A stretch of 64,000 nucleotides of DNA from Spirochaetota bacterium (GCA_016929135.1 JAFGJK010000065.1:71970-135969); one strand, 5' to 3'; shown: positions 36,052 to 46,813, counted from the stretch's first letter. The notes: generated by a model from the sequence alone, not told the origin. Made by a program: numbers and translations.

Positions 36052-37605
36052 CTAACGGGACGGAGCCTCCATCACCTTCAGGGCGTTCAGCAGCGGCTCC
36101 TTCTCCACCGATATGGGCCCGTTAAAGGGGTTGTCCAGATGGACGATGAGCAGCAGGATCATGGAGATGAGAATCGCCATCATGGCGGTCATGGTGATCT
36201 GCGCCTTCAGGTTGAGGCTCCCGAAGAAGAAGGGGTATGCGATGGTAAAGACCGCCCCCAGTATCAGGACGAACCACATGAATCCCGGGATAAGCGTCTG
36301 GCTGGAGAGCATCCGGTGGTGGCGGGCCGACTGGAAGTCGCCGAGCACTGAGAGGGACTCGGCGTGGACCGCCTTTTCATACTCCCGGTGCGGCGCGTAC
36401 TTCAGGCAGGAGGTCCATATCCTTGCCGCCAGCTCCCTGGTCCTGGGGCTCTCCTCGCCGTGCTGCAGAAGGGGCCATTCGTCACGAATGACCGAGCGCG
36501 TGTAATCCCGCAGCTCATTCCTCAGCTCGCTCCTGTGGGGCTCCGCGAAGGCTCCCGCGTAGCGGTGGAGGGCGATCAGCGAGGCGGTTTCGTTCTGTAT
36601 CGTTGCGCGTCCCTGTTTGAATTCTTCGTAGATGGCCATGGTCATGAAGGCCAGCAGCATGCTGTACACTGCGCCCAGCACTGCGTAGTTGAACCCCGCC
36701 ACCTCGTTGTTCTGCTTCAGTTTTTCGTGCGCGACGCTGCGGCGGATGAGGACGAGTATCAGTGCGACGAGACCGCCGCTGATGGTGATGAACAGGGCAA
36801 TGGATAGCCAGAGTGGCATCTGCAGAATCATGTTACCCATATTCTCACATCCCCCCTCCCCGTGCATGGTCAGCGGCGGCGGGCCAACGCGGCAGCCCGT
36901 GGTGTTTCGTGCGGGCCGGCGACATGCCCCGGGAGAAAAAGTATAGAACGGGCGCTGCCGCGGTGCAACACATTTTTTGTCACGCCGCGATTTCGTAGGG
37001 GAGTGGGGGGATGACGAGGGGTATCGGCTCATTTCGCCGACCGGAGCGTCCTGTCGATCCTCTTGGCCAGGGGGGGTGTCCTCCAGTGTCTTCCCGATGG
37101 TCCTCAGGGAGGTGATGCAGGTGTTGCGGATACCGGCGTCCCTGTCTCCCAAAGCCTCCAGGAGATACCCTGCCGCCTCGGCACCGCCGATGTCCGCCAG
37201 AGCATAGGCGGCCCTGTGGCAAACGTCGTTCAATGAGACCCCATCGGGGCTTTCAGCACCGCCGGTCTCCAGGAGTATCTCGCCGAGACGTTTCTCAGAG
37301 GGCCGGTGCCGTAGGCGGCCCGGGGAGCGTATCGCGGCCTTTTTGATGAAATAATCCTCCTCATCCAGGGCCGCCTCCACCGTCGCAAGGACCCTTTCCT
37401 CCTGGATGCTCCCCAGGGCCATGGCGGCCAGCTGTCGTATGCCCGTTGACCTTTCACCCAGTGCCTCTACAAGGATGCCGGCCGCCGCAGGCTCTCTGAC
37501 CTCCCTGACTATTTCGGAGAGGGCATCGATGGATACCTGGTTTTTCCGGTAGTCTCCGTACCTGCCGGAGAGCTCCCTGTTCGCCTCCATGAGCCGCGTC
37601 ACCAT
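36052..37605 (-). CDS. HEAT-repeat protein ORF running in frame, with no stop, into a 3-TM membrane protein (DUF4239-like); possibly two genes
   Basis: HEAT/PBS-lyase-like repeats (ILVEALGERSTGIRQLAAMALGSI; GYLLEALGDRDAGIRNTCITSLRTIG) from the ATG at 37605. The membrane protein begins at the ATG at 36840 (MGNMILQMPLWLSIALFITISGG), preceded by a GGAGGGGGG RBS and a promoter-like element. The 5' extension to 37824 was rejected. Confidence 0.6.
   Translation of the reverse strand: MVTRLMEANRELSGRYGDYRKNQVSIDALSEIVREVREPAAAGILVEALGERSTGIRQLAAMALGSIQEERVLATVEAALDEEDYFIKKAAIRSPGRLRHRPSEKRLGEILLETGGAESPDGVSLNDVCHRAAYALADIGGAEAAGYLLEALGDRDAGIRNTCITSLRTIGKTLEDTPPGQEDRQDAPVGEMSRYPSSSPHSPTKSRRDKKCVAPRQRPFYTFSPGACRRPARNTTGCRVGPPPLTMHGEGGCENMGNMILQMPLWLSIALFITISGGLVALILVLIRRSVAHEKLKQNNEVAGFNYAVLGAVYSMLLAFMTMAIYEEFKQGRATIQNETASLIALHRYAGAFAEPHRSELRNELRDYTRSVIRDEWPLLQHGEESPRTRELAARIWTSCLKYAPHREYEKAVHAESLSVLGDFQSARHHRMLSSQTLIPGFMWFVLILGAVFTIAYPFFFGSLNLKAQITMTAMMAILISMILLLIVHLDNPFNGPISVEKEPLLNALKVMEAPSR
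36940..36968 (-). promoter_or_regulatory. promoter-like element inside the HEAT/membrane ORF linker
   Basis: Minus strand: TTGCAC (36968-36963), 17-nt spacer, TATACT (36945-36940). About 100 nt upstream of the ATG at 36840. Confidence 0.5.
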
Positions 37606-37841
37606 GCGGCATCGTTGATCTTCCGCAGCTCCAGACAGGCCTCTTCGCACTCGCGGTCGTTGCCCCGAAGCACCAGGACCATGAGCTCTCCGGTCTTCTT
37701 CTCCACGTCCACCGCATCCTGGTGCACCAGCTGCAGGGACACCTGGTACTCCGAGCCGCAGTGGGGGCAGCGCATGATGAAATCGCGCTCGGCGCCGGTG
37801 AGCGTCGCGCCGCAGTTGAGACATTTCTGCTCCTGCGTCAC
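37599..37841 (-). CDS. small zinc-ribbon protein
   Basis: 80 aa. CLNCG...CPHCG ribbon. Its stop overlaps the HEAT-gene start (ATGGTGA). Confidence 0.6.
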   Translation of the reverse strand: MTQEQKCLNCGATLTGAERDFIMRCPHCGSEYQVSLQLVHQDAVDVEKKTGELMVLVLRGNDRECEEACLELRKINDAAW

Positions 37842-37857
37842 TGTGGATTCTTCGTGT

Positions 37858-38277
37858 TCACCTTACTGCAGGCGCCAGCTGGACAAGAAAGACCTGCGGC
37901 TCGATCTCCTTGTAGTCCCAGTAGGTTGTGTAGGCGGTCTCGTAGCCTTCGCGGGAGACACGAAGGCCCACCCGCAGCTTCACGGAGGGTATCGAGTAGT
38001 CCCTGAGATCAAAGATCCCCTTATCGTCGGTGAGGATGGACCGCTTCCAGGTGCTCTCAGCCTCCGGCGTACCGTCCTCCTTCAGTTCGTAAAACAGCGT
38101 CACCTCCGCTCCCGGCACCGGCATGCCGGTCTGCGGCATTTCCTTGCCGGTGACCTCGGTGATTGAGGAGGCAGCGGCCTGCATCGTCACGACGCGTCCC
38201 CGGACGTGGTACTCCCTGCCGCAGCCGAAGAGCAGGGCCGCCAGGGCGGCCAATAGGATGACGCCTGATTTCTTCAT
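37858..38277 (-). CDS. lipoprotein with carboxypeptidase-regulatory-like beta-sandwich pattern
   Basis: Start MKKSGVILLAALAALLFGC (lipobox). VRGRVVT...GAEVTLFY...TDDKGIFDL pattern. Confidence 0.6.
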   Translation of the reverse strand: MKKSGVILLAALAALLFGCGREYHVRGRVVTMQAAASSITEVTGKEMPQTGMPVPGAEVTLFYELKEDGTPEAESTWKRSILTDDKGIFDLRDYSIPSVKLRVGLRVSREGYETAYTTYWDYKEIEPQVFLVQLAPAVR

Positions 38278-38403
38278 GGGTACTCCGCCATATCCCCGTG
38301 TAATGCAGGTTTCGGAAAAAGTCAATAGAAATACGTGCAGCCGGCGCCGTCGTTTTTGGCTGCTCGGTGAGCGTCCCTCCTTTCATTAAAAGGGGAGCAC
38401 CGT

Positions 38404-38429
38404 ACGGTGTATACGGTGGGTTGACGGTG
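38404..38429. repeat. three direct ACGGTG repeats spaced 9 and 11 nt apart
   Basis: ACGGTG at 38404, 38413 and 38424. The first is part of the perfect palindrome CACCGTACGGTG. They lie in the 490-nt ORF-free region between the lipoprotein gene and glnS. Confidence 0.6.
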
Positions 38430-38768
38430 CAGTGGAGAAATCAGAGTTGCCGGCGGTTGTGGAGTATGTGCGGCGGAAGGCCAAAGCGGCACCGTCCGAG
38501 GATGCGAAATGACTTCGTCGGGTTCTTCCTGGCGGGCTTTAGACCGGGCAGGGGCGTGGGGATTCCGTCGCACCAGTACTGTCCGGGATTCCCTGCTCGG
38601 GAGGGCTCCTCGGCGAGGTTACGGCAGTGTAAATTTGCTGCGGTGCTCCGCCGGCGGGAAAAATAGTATTGTCTTTTCGCGGTGCCGATTGAAAATATGT
38701 CCCCGGCGGGGCACAGACATTTGCCCATGTTGAAAATTCTTGCTGCGGCATTGCATCCAGAGGTACCC

Positions 38769-40457
<1,689 letters not shown>

Positions 40458-40461
40458 GGGG

Positions 40462-40698
40462 CTACCGGTAATCGTACAGGTTCGTCGAGGGGACGCCGGA
40501 GACGATCTCGGCGGTGTCCCGTTCGATCCTGTTCACCAGCTTCTGTATCCTCTCCACCACCTCCTCGGTGAAGAGGATCTTGTCGCAGCGGGTGCATTTA
40601 TAGGCGGGGATGTTGTCCAATATGAAGGAAAAGTTGTCCCTGCTTACGCTGTATGAGCTCTTCCCCTCGATCAGTGCGCCGCCGCATGTGCATTCCAT
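40462..40698 (-). CDS. YgiT-type (MqsA N-terminal-like) zinc-finger protein
   Basis: MECTCGG...YKCTRCDKILFT, the two Cys pairs bracketing the 'SYSVSRDNFSFILDNIPAY' beta pattern typical of the YgiT finger. No HTH domain. Confidence 0.65.
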   Translation of the reverse strand: MECTCGGALIEGKSSYSVSRDNFSFILDNIPAYKCTRCDKILFTEEVVERIQKLVNRIERDTAEIVSGVPSTNLYDYR

Positions 40699-40847
40699 CG
40701 GTCCACCCCTCACATCGATCACCCCATTTCTTCCAGCCTCCGGGAAGTCCTGTCAAGTGATATATTCGGGGAAGGGCACTTTTTAATTGACAGGACTCTT
40801 CGGGAGGGGGGATACTGAGCCCGCGGACCACTGACAGGAGAAAAACC

Positions 40848-41591
40848 ATGAACGACAATATACGCAAGGCAGCGGACGTCATCCGCAGGTCGCAGCACAT
40901 GATATCCCTCACCGGCGCCGGTATCTCCACGGAGAGCGGCATCCCGGATTTCAGGAGCACCGGCGGGCTCTGGGAAAAATACGATCCCTCGATATACGCC
41001 TCCATCGAGACCTTTCATCATAATCCGGAAAAGGTATGGCAGATGATCTTCGACATGCTCGAGCTGACCTCCGGCGCAGTGCCGAATCCGGGGCACAGGG
41101 CCCTGGCAAGACTCGAGGCCATGGGCCTCCTGAAGGCCATCATCACCCAGAACATCGACAACCTCCATCAGGAGGCGGGGAGCGAGAGGGTCATCGAGTA
41201 CCATGGCAACGCCAGCAGGCTTGAGTGCCTCGCCTGCGGCAGGGAGTACGAGGTGGCCGGTTTCCCGGTACAGGAGAAGGTGCCCCCGCGGTGCGGCGAC
41301 TGCGGGAAGATACTGAAGCCGTCGGTGGTATTCTTCGGCGAGATGATCCCTCACGAGGCGTTGTCTCGCTCGCAGCTCCTGGCCGAACAGGCCGACGTGG
41401 TGATGGTGGTGGGGACCTCTGCCGTGGTGTACCCGGCGGCCGGTATTCCCATTGTCGCCAAGAGGAACGGCGCCGCCATCATCGAGTTCAACGTATCCGA
41501 AACCGATTTCACCAGGTCCATCACGGACATCTTCATCCAGGGCAAGGCCGGCGAGACGCTTCCGGTCCTGCTGGATCAACTGGCGGAGTAG
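40848..41591 (+). CDS. cobB: NAD-dependent protein deacylase (Sir2 family)
   Basis: GAGISTESGIPDFRS, QNIDNLH, zinc site CLACG...CGDCG, VVGTSAVVYPAA. Confidence 0.9.
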   Translation: MNDNIRKAADVIRRSQHMISLTGAGISTESGIPDFRSTGGLWEKYDPSIYASIETFHHNPEKVWQMIFDMLELTSGAVPNPGHRALARLEAMGLLKAIITQNIDNLHQEAGSERVIEYHGNASRLECLACGREYEVAGFPVQEKVPPRCGDCGKILKPSVVFFGEMIPHEALSRSQLLAEQADVVMVVGTSAVVYPAAGIPIVAKRNGAAIIEFNVSETDFTRSITDIFIQGKAGETLPVLLDQLAE

Positions 41592-41600
41592 GAGCGTCAG

Positions 41601-43355
41601 GTGAAGCGGATCCGCGTACTCCCCGACAGCGTCAAGAACAAGATCGCCGCGGGAGAGGTCATCGAGGGACCCTTCTCCGTGGTGAAGGAGCTGCTGGAAA
41701 ACGCCCTTGACGCCGGTGCCTCGAGGATCGAGGTGAAGGTCGAGGAGGCGGGACTCAGGCGCATCCTGGTGCGGGACGACGGAGAGGGGATCCCTGCGAA
41801 GGACCTCCCCCTTGCCGTGGTAGAGCATGCCACGAGCAAGATCGACCGGATCGAGGACATCGAGCGGATCGGCAGCTACGGGTTCCGCGGCGAGGCCCTC
41901 TCCAGCATGGCGGCGGTCTCCGAGCTCACCATCCTCTCTCGGACTAGGGGGGAGGAGACCGGCGCCAGGCTGGAGTGGCGCGGCGGGGAGGCGTCGGTGC
42001 AGGGGTACGCCGGGCCCGCCGGTACCACCGTGATCGTGGAGAATCTCTTCTACAACATCCCGGCGAGGAAGAAGTTTCTGAAGAGCAGGAGCACCGAGGC
42101 GCGGTACCTTCGCGAGGCCTTCCTCCGGGCCGCTCTGCCGCACCAGGACGTGGAGTTCTCGTTGGAGACGGACGGGAGGCGCGCCGTCACCCTTGTGCCC
42201 TCGGACTCGATGGATGAGCGCATTGCCGCAATCTACGGCACCGAGGCCGCCGAATCGCTCTTCAGAGAGGAGCTGCAGGATCTTAAGGTGAAGCTCACCG
42301 GCTACCTCTCCATGCCCCATTACATGAAATCCTCCCGCTCCATGCAGCTCCTCTACGTGAACCGGCGGCCCGTGGAGTACCGCTATCTGGGTATGCTCCT
42401 CTCCCGGGCCTACGAGGCGGTGTCCCGGAAGGGGGAGCACCCGGCGGCCCTGATATTCATAGAGATAGATCCGTCACTGGTGGATGTGAACATACACCCC
42501 GCGAAGCGGGAGGTGAAGTTTTTCGACCAGCGATATCTCGATGGCCTGATCTTTTCCCTGGCGAGGAAGGGGCTTTCGGGCCCCCAGCGGATGCCGGGCG
42601 GCCTGCTGCGGGCCGACGGGGAGGTGCGCAGGGCGATGGAGGTGCCGGTACCGGATGCCGTCGGGGCGGGGGACCGGGAGGCGGCGCTCTTTCACGGCGG
42701 CGGAGGATTCTCCGCCGCGCACGGGGGAGCCCCGGCGGGCACAGTGCGATCCCTCGTCAGGGAATCAGCGGAGATCCTGGCCTCCGGCGGCGAACGGTCC
42801 TTCACACTCATGGGCGTCGCCTTCGGCACCTACTGCGTCGTCGAGGCCGGCGAGGCCCTCCATGTCATCGACATACACGCGGCGCACGAGCGGGTCATCT
42901 ACGACTCGCTGATGCGGCGGAGCCAGGGGCGCGAGGTGCAGGAGCTGCTCTTCCCGAAGGTGGTGCAGCTTTCCGCCGTCGACCACGCCATCGTGATGGA
43001 CAATCTGGAGGGACTCGAGTCGATGGGCTTCCGCATCGAGGATTTCTCCGATGGCGCGGTGGTGATCAGGGGGGTGCCCATGATCACCGGCGCCGCGGTG
43101 CCGGAAAAGATGCTGGAGGAGTTCATCAGCGCGGTGAAGGAGGAACGCCCCTCCGGTTCGGCGGAGAGCCTGATCGCCGCCTCGGTGGCGTGCCATTCGG
43201 CCTGGCGCGCCGGCGATTTGATTCCGTCGGGTGAGCTGGCGGCGCTGGTGGAGTCCTCACTTGAGGAGGGGAGGGAGAAGCGGTGTCCTCACGGGCGGCC
43301 ATATCTTTACACCGTCCATAAAAACGATCTTGAGAGGATGTTCAAACGGCAATGA
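41601..43355 (+). CDS. mutL: DNA mismatch repair protein MutL
   Basis: IAAGEVIEGPFSVVKELLENALDAGA, DDGEGI, YGFRGEAL. 584 aa. GTG start. Confidence 0.93.
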   Translation: MKRIRVLPDSVKNKIAAGEVIEGPFSVVKELLENALDAGASRIEVKVEEAGLRRILVRDDGEGIPAKDLPLAVVEHATSKIDRIEDIERIGSYGFRGEALSSMAAVSELTILSRTRGEETGARLEWRGGEASVQGYAGPAGTTVIVENLFYNIPARKKFLKSRSTEARYLREAFLRAALPHQDVEFSLETDGRRAVTLVPSDSMDERIAAIYGTEAAESLFREELQDLKVKLTGYLSMPHYMKSSRSMQLLYVNRRPVEYRYLGMLLSRAYEAVSRKGEHPAALIFIEIDPSLVDVNIHPAKREVKFFDQRYLDGLIFSLARKGLSGPQRMPGGLLRADGEVRRAMEVPVPDAVGAGDREAALFHGGGGFSAAHGGAPAGTVRSLVRESAEILASGGERSFTLMGVAFGTYCVVEAGEALHVIDIHAAHERVIYDSLMRRSQGREVQELLFPKVVQLSAVDHAIVMDNLEGLESMGFRIEDFSDGAVVIRGVPMITGAAVPEKMLEEFISAVKEERPSGSAESLIAASVACHSAWRAGDLIPSGELAALVESSLEEGREKRCPHGRPYLYTVHKNDLERMFKRQ

Positions 43356-43888
43356 AAAAGAAAATAATTCTTGGTATCACCTCATCCATCGCCGCCTACA
43401 GGGCTTGCGACCTGGTGCGGCTCTTCGTGAAGGACGGCCATTCGGTCTTCCCCGTTCTGACGATGCACGCGGAGCACCTGGTGTCCCCCCTGGCGCTGGA
43501 GACCCTTTCGGGGAATCCGGTCTTCTCTGACATGTATACGGGGGATCGCCGCGGCATGGGGCACATCGATCTCAAACGGGACGCCTCGCTCCTCCTGGTG
43601 GCCCCCGCCACGGCGAACATCATCGGCAAGTTCGCATGCGGGATCGCCGACGACCTTCTGAGCACCACCTACCTCTCGGTGACCTGCCCGGTGCTGATCG
43701 CCCCGGCCATGAATCCGAACATGTACGCACACCCGGCGGTGCGGGAGAATATCGCCCGCCTCAAGTCCTGGGGCGTGCGATTCATAGAGCCGGAGGAGGG
43801 TGAGGTGGCCTGCGGCGACTGGGGAGCCGGCAAACTCGCCGACAACGAGACCATCTACAGGGCTGCCGTCGATGTCATTGCGAGATAG
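43352..43888 (+). CDS. coaC: phosphopantothenoylcysteine decarboxylase (flavoprotein, CoaC)
   Basis: ILGITSSIAAYRACDLVR, PATANIIGKFACGIADDLL, PAMNPNMY. ATGA overlap with the mutL stop. Confidence 0.85.
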   Translation: MKKKIILGITSSIAAYRACDLVRLFVKDGHSVFPVLTMHAEHLVSPLALETLSGNPVFSDMYTGDRRGMGHIDLKRDASLLLVAPATANIIGKFACGIADDLLSTTYLSVTCPVLIAPAMNPNMYAHPAVRENIARLKSWGVRFIEPEEGEVACGDWGAGKLADNETIYRAAVDVIAR

Positions 43889-44537
43889 GAAGATCGTGGT
43901 AACGGGCGGCCCCACCAGAGAGTGGATAGACCCGGTGCGGTACATCTCGAATCCCTCCTCGGGGAAGATGGGTGCGGCCCTGGCGGACGCCGCTGCCCCA
44001 CTGGCCAGGGAGACCGTCTTTATCCACGGACCGGTCTCCCCGGTTCTTGTGCAGGGGAAGCCCTACCGGTGCGTTTCGGTCTCCACCACCAGGGACATGC
44101 TGGATGCGGTCCTCGGGGAGATGGAAGACCAGGCGGTGCTCATCATGGCGGCGGCGCCGGCCGACTACAGGCCCGCAGAGACGCTTACGGAGAAGATGAA
44201 AAAGGGTGGCGATGAGATCACCCTGCATCTGGTGAAGAATCCTGACATCCTCATGGAGGTGGCGGAGCGCAGGAAGGGGGGGGCGTGGAATGACCTCTTC
44301 GTGGCCGGCTTCGCCGCGGAGACCACGGACACCGAGTCCTATGCGATGGAGAAGCTGGTGAAGAAGAACCTGGACATGATATGCCTGAACGACGTTTCCG
44401 CCGCCGGGGCCGGCTTTGCCGGCGACACCAACATCATCACCATCTTCACCCGGGTGGGATCGCGAATCGAGCTGCCGGTGCAGGCCAAGGGGTCTGCCGC
44501 GGCGAGGATCATCGACTGTATCATGGAGGCGCTCTAG
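43872..44537 (+). CDS. coaB: phosphopantothenate--cysteine ligase (CoaB)
   Basis: KIVVTGGPTREWIDPVRYISNPSSGKMG and AAAPADYRP motifs. The ATG at 43872 overlaps the coaC end by 17 nt in another frame. Confidence 0.85.
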   Translation: MSLRDRKIVVTGGPTREWIDPVRYISNPSSGKMGAALADAAAPLARETVFIHGPVSPVLVQGKPYRCVSVSTTRDMLDAVLGEMEDQAVLIMAAAPADYRPAETLTEKMKKGGDEITLHLVKNPDILMEVAERRKGGAWNDLFVAGFAAETTDTESYAMEKLVKKNLDMICLNDVSAAGAGFAGDTNIITIFTRVGSRIELPVQAKGSAAARIIDCIMEAL

Positions 44538-44608
44538 GGCCATGCGTATCCCGGTCTCTTGGATCGGGGTTATCGTGAGCGGGATCATCATTTTTTTTAA
44601 GGTAACCA

Positions 44609-45418
44609 GTGGACACGATCACTATCACGATCACTGAGACAGAGAGAAAACGCCTGATATTGTTGGCGGAAGATGTGATCAAGAGCGGACATTGGGGTAA
44701 CGCTGTAGTTGAGATACCCGAAGAGTCTCGGCTCTTTGAGGTTTTCCAGCGGTCTGCCGGAACTATCGAGATGTCCGTTAGCCAGGTAGCTTTGCTGATG
44801 AACTGGTTAATGGAGGGAACCGGTTACGGTATGATTCTGTTGGGCGAAGATGTTTCGATTCTCCAGAAGATTGCATACAAACTCTATAGGTTTTATAATT
44901 ACCGCAAGGAAGCATGTATTCGTGAACTTGAGAATGTATCTGAACTTATCAAGAAATCCGAGAATCTGCTGCCGGGTAAAGGCTTTAATCTTCCCCTGGA
45001 GCACTTGCGGGAGTTAGAGGATGTTGAAAGAAACGAAGCATACAGACGGCTCAGGCAGAGTATCGATTCATATGAAGCGAGAGAGGACGATGTTGGATCT
45101 GTAGAAGCGGAAAATGTGAGTGATAACGATGCATCGTTTCATAACGGGGCAGTGAAGGAAAGGTACGAAACGGGCATCAATCGCTCTCGCAATACTGGTG
45201 TAACCTTGGGGAAAGTGTATACCGAAGGTGAAGATTTAAATCCAGACAGCGATGGAATAGAAACATCCGGTAAGTCTTTTTTTTCTCGTATCTTTAGTAC
45301 GAAAAAGAAAACAAAAAAAGCTCTCGATACAAATTCAATCGGGGAATCCATCAATGCAAAGGAGTTAGTCCAAAAAACCGAAAAAATTGCGAAAAGGATT
45401 GGTAAAAGGGGGAGATAG
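44609..45418 (+). CDS. hypothetical protein (AT-richer orphan)
   Basis: 269 aa, GTG start. Charged/helical with a Lys-rich C-terminus. No family recognised. The DNA is visibly AT-richer than its neighbours. Confidence 0.5.
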   Translation: MDTITITITETERKRLILLAEDVIKSGHWGNAVVEIPEESRLFEVFQRSAGTIEMSVSQVALLMNWLMEGTGYGMILLGEDVSILQKIAYKLYRFYNYRKEACIRELENVSELIKKSENLLPGKGFNLPLEHLRELEDVERNEAYRRLRQSIDSYEAREDDVGSVEAENVSDNDASFHNGAVKERYETGINRSRNTGVTLGKVYTEGEDLNPDSDGIETSGKSFFSRIFSTKKKTKKALDTNSIGESINAKELVQKTEKIAKRIGKRGR

Positions 45419-45553
45419 GACATATTATTACGCTTCATTGAAGTCAAGAGTAATAGAGATTTGTTTCAAGATGTGCCTTGCCAGATACATGCACGATGTT
45501 GTTGCTTTTCATTCCGCGAACCTGCGGGAATCCATCACACAGGAGGTCATAAT

Positions 45554-46489
45554 ATGAAGAAAGCACTTATTAGCCTTTCGGTCGCCCTGGGTGCGCTGGC
45601 GGTGATTCTCGTGGGCGTCTATTATCTCCTTCCCGGAGCGGTGCTCGGGGTTATGGTGAAGGCCATGAGATTGAATGCCGGTGTCGAATTGAAGACGGTC
45701 ACCGTGGAGGGCATGACCTGGCCCTATCTCGAGGGCGGTACCGGGGACACGGTGCTCATAATCCACGGTTTCGGCGCGGAGAAGGACATGTGGGGAGAGC
45801 TCCTGCCGGCATTGACGAAGAAATACAGGGTGATAGCTCCAGACCTGCCGGGTTTCGGAGAGAATTCCAGGAACCCCTCTGCCGACTATAGTATACCGGC
45901 CCAGGCCGAACGGGTACACGCCTTCGCACAGAAAATCGGCCTGAAACGATTCAACCTGATCGGACATTCCATGGGAGGGGCCATATCCGCATATTACGCG
46001 TCCCTTTACCCCGAGACGGTCGGCGGGCTCGTGCTGATGAACTCCTTCGGCCTTCGGACGCCTTTGGTGAGCGACGGAGAGGTCCTTCTGAAGAAGGGGA
46101 AAAGGTTCCTGCTGTACCGAAACGAGTCCCAGTACGACAGGACAATGGGGATTGTGTTCCTGCATCCCCCCGCACTCCCGAGTCATTTCAAGCGGTATCT
46201 CGCGGCAATTGGTGCAAAAAACTTTCAAGTCCACAGTAGGATATTCGACTCGCTCTCCCGTGAGGGATTCGATTTTCTGAGAAGTCGGTTGCCGATGATA
46301 AAGGCGCGGACCCTCGTCCTGTGGGGCGAGAAGGACCGGGTCTTTGACGTGAGCTGCGCCGCGGAGTACTGCAAGGGGATCCGGTCGTGCAGGGCCGTCG
46401 TCGTCCCGGAGAGCGGGCACATGGTATTCATGGATACACCGGCAGAATCGATCGCGGCGGTGACCGCCTTTCTCGGAGAGGTGAAGTAA
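45554..46489 (+). CDS. alpha/beta-fold hydrolase with N-terminal membrane anchor
   Basis: ATG at 45554 after AGGAGG. VLIIHGFGAEKDMW, nucleophile elbow GHSMGG, C-terminal SGHMVFMD. Confidence 0.85.
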   Translation: MKKALISLSVALGALAVILVGVYYLLPGAVLGVMVKAMRLNAGVELKTVTVEGMTWPYLEGGTGDTVLIIHGFGAEKDMWGELLPALTKKYRVIAPDLPGFGENSRNPSADYSIPAQAERVHAFAQKIGLKRFNLIGHSMGGAISAYYASLYPETVGGLVLMNSFGLRTPLVSDGEVLLKKGKRFLLYRNESQYDRTMGIVFLHPPALPSHFKRYLAAIGAKNFQVHSRIFDSLSREGFDFLRSRLPMIKARTLVLWGEKDRVFDVSCAAEYCKGIRSCRAVVVPESGHMVFMDTPAESIAAVTAFLGEVK

Positions 46490-46785
46490 TCGCCGCAGCG
46501 GCATAGCCCCTTTCTGCCGGTACCGGTTTTTGGGGAGGGTCAGAGCCGACCGATCCCCCTGGGCACCGATGACTGACCGGCAATGCCCTGTCATGGGGTC
46601 AGGGCCCCGGGGGGCAGTTTCCCGCGGATAACGATTGCCGCTCCAGAGAGCCTCAACGCGGGGATGCCCGACAACCCGATCATATCAGCAATGTCTGCCA
46701 GGGCTTTGTATTCAAAAAACTCTTTTTGAACACGTTTTGTCATACACATTATTTATTGTTGTACCTATTTTTGCGAAAAAAACTA

Positions 46786-46813
46786 TTGACATGGATCATT
46801 TTATCACTATTTT
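46786..46813 (+). promoter_or_regulatory. candidate promoter of the HATPase-like/HDOD gene
   Basis: TTGACA (46786-46791), 16-nt spacer, TATTTT (46808-46813). Confidence 0.45.

Noticed and set aside
38278-38768. Possible T-box, riboswitch, SRP, RNase P, tmRNA or 6S RNA upstream of glnS.
   Set aside because: I could not find any conserved core by eye: T-box AGGGUGGNACCGCG, the SRP GGAA-capped helix 8, RNase P GAGGAAAGUCC, or the tmRNA ends. It is left as an unexplained region only.
40719-42440. 573-aa ORF on the minus strand.
   Set aside because: It is antisense to the sirtuin and mutL genes, which carry canonical motifs. The shadow ORF has no motifs and a biased composition.
46590-46743. 50-aa minus-strand ORF (MTKRVQKEFFEYKALADIADMIGLSG...), below the track's length cutoff.
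   Set aside because: No Shine-Dalgarno sequence, no recognisable family, and it may be chance. Noted in case comparative data support it.
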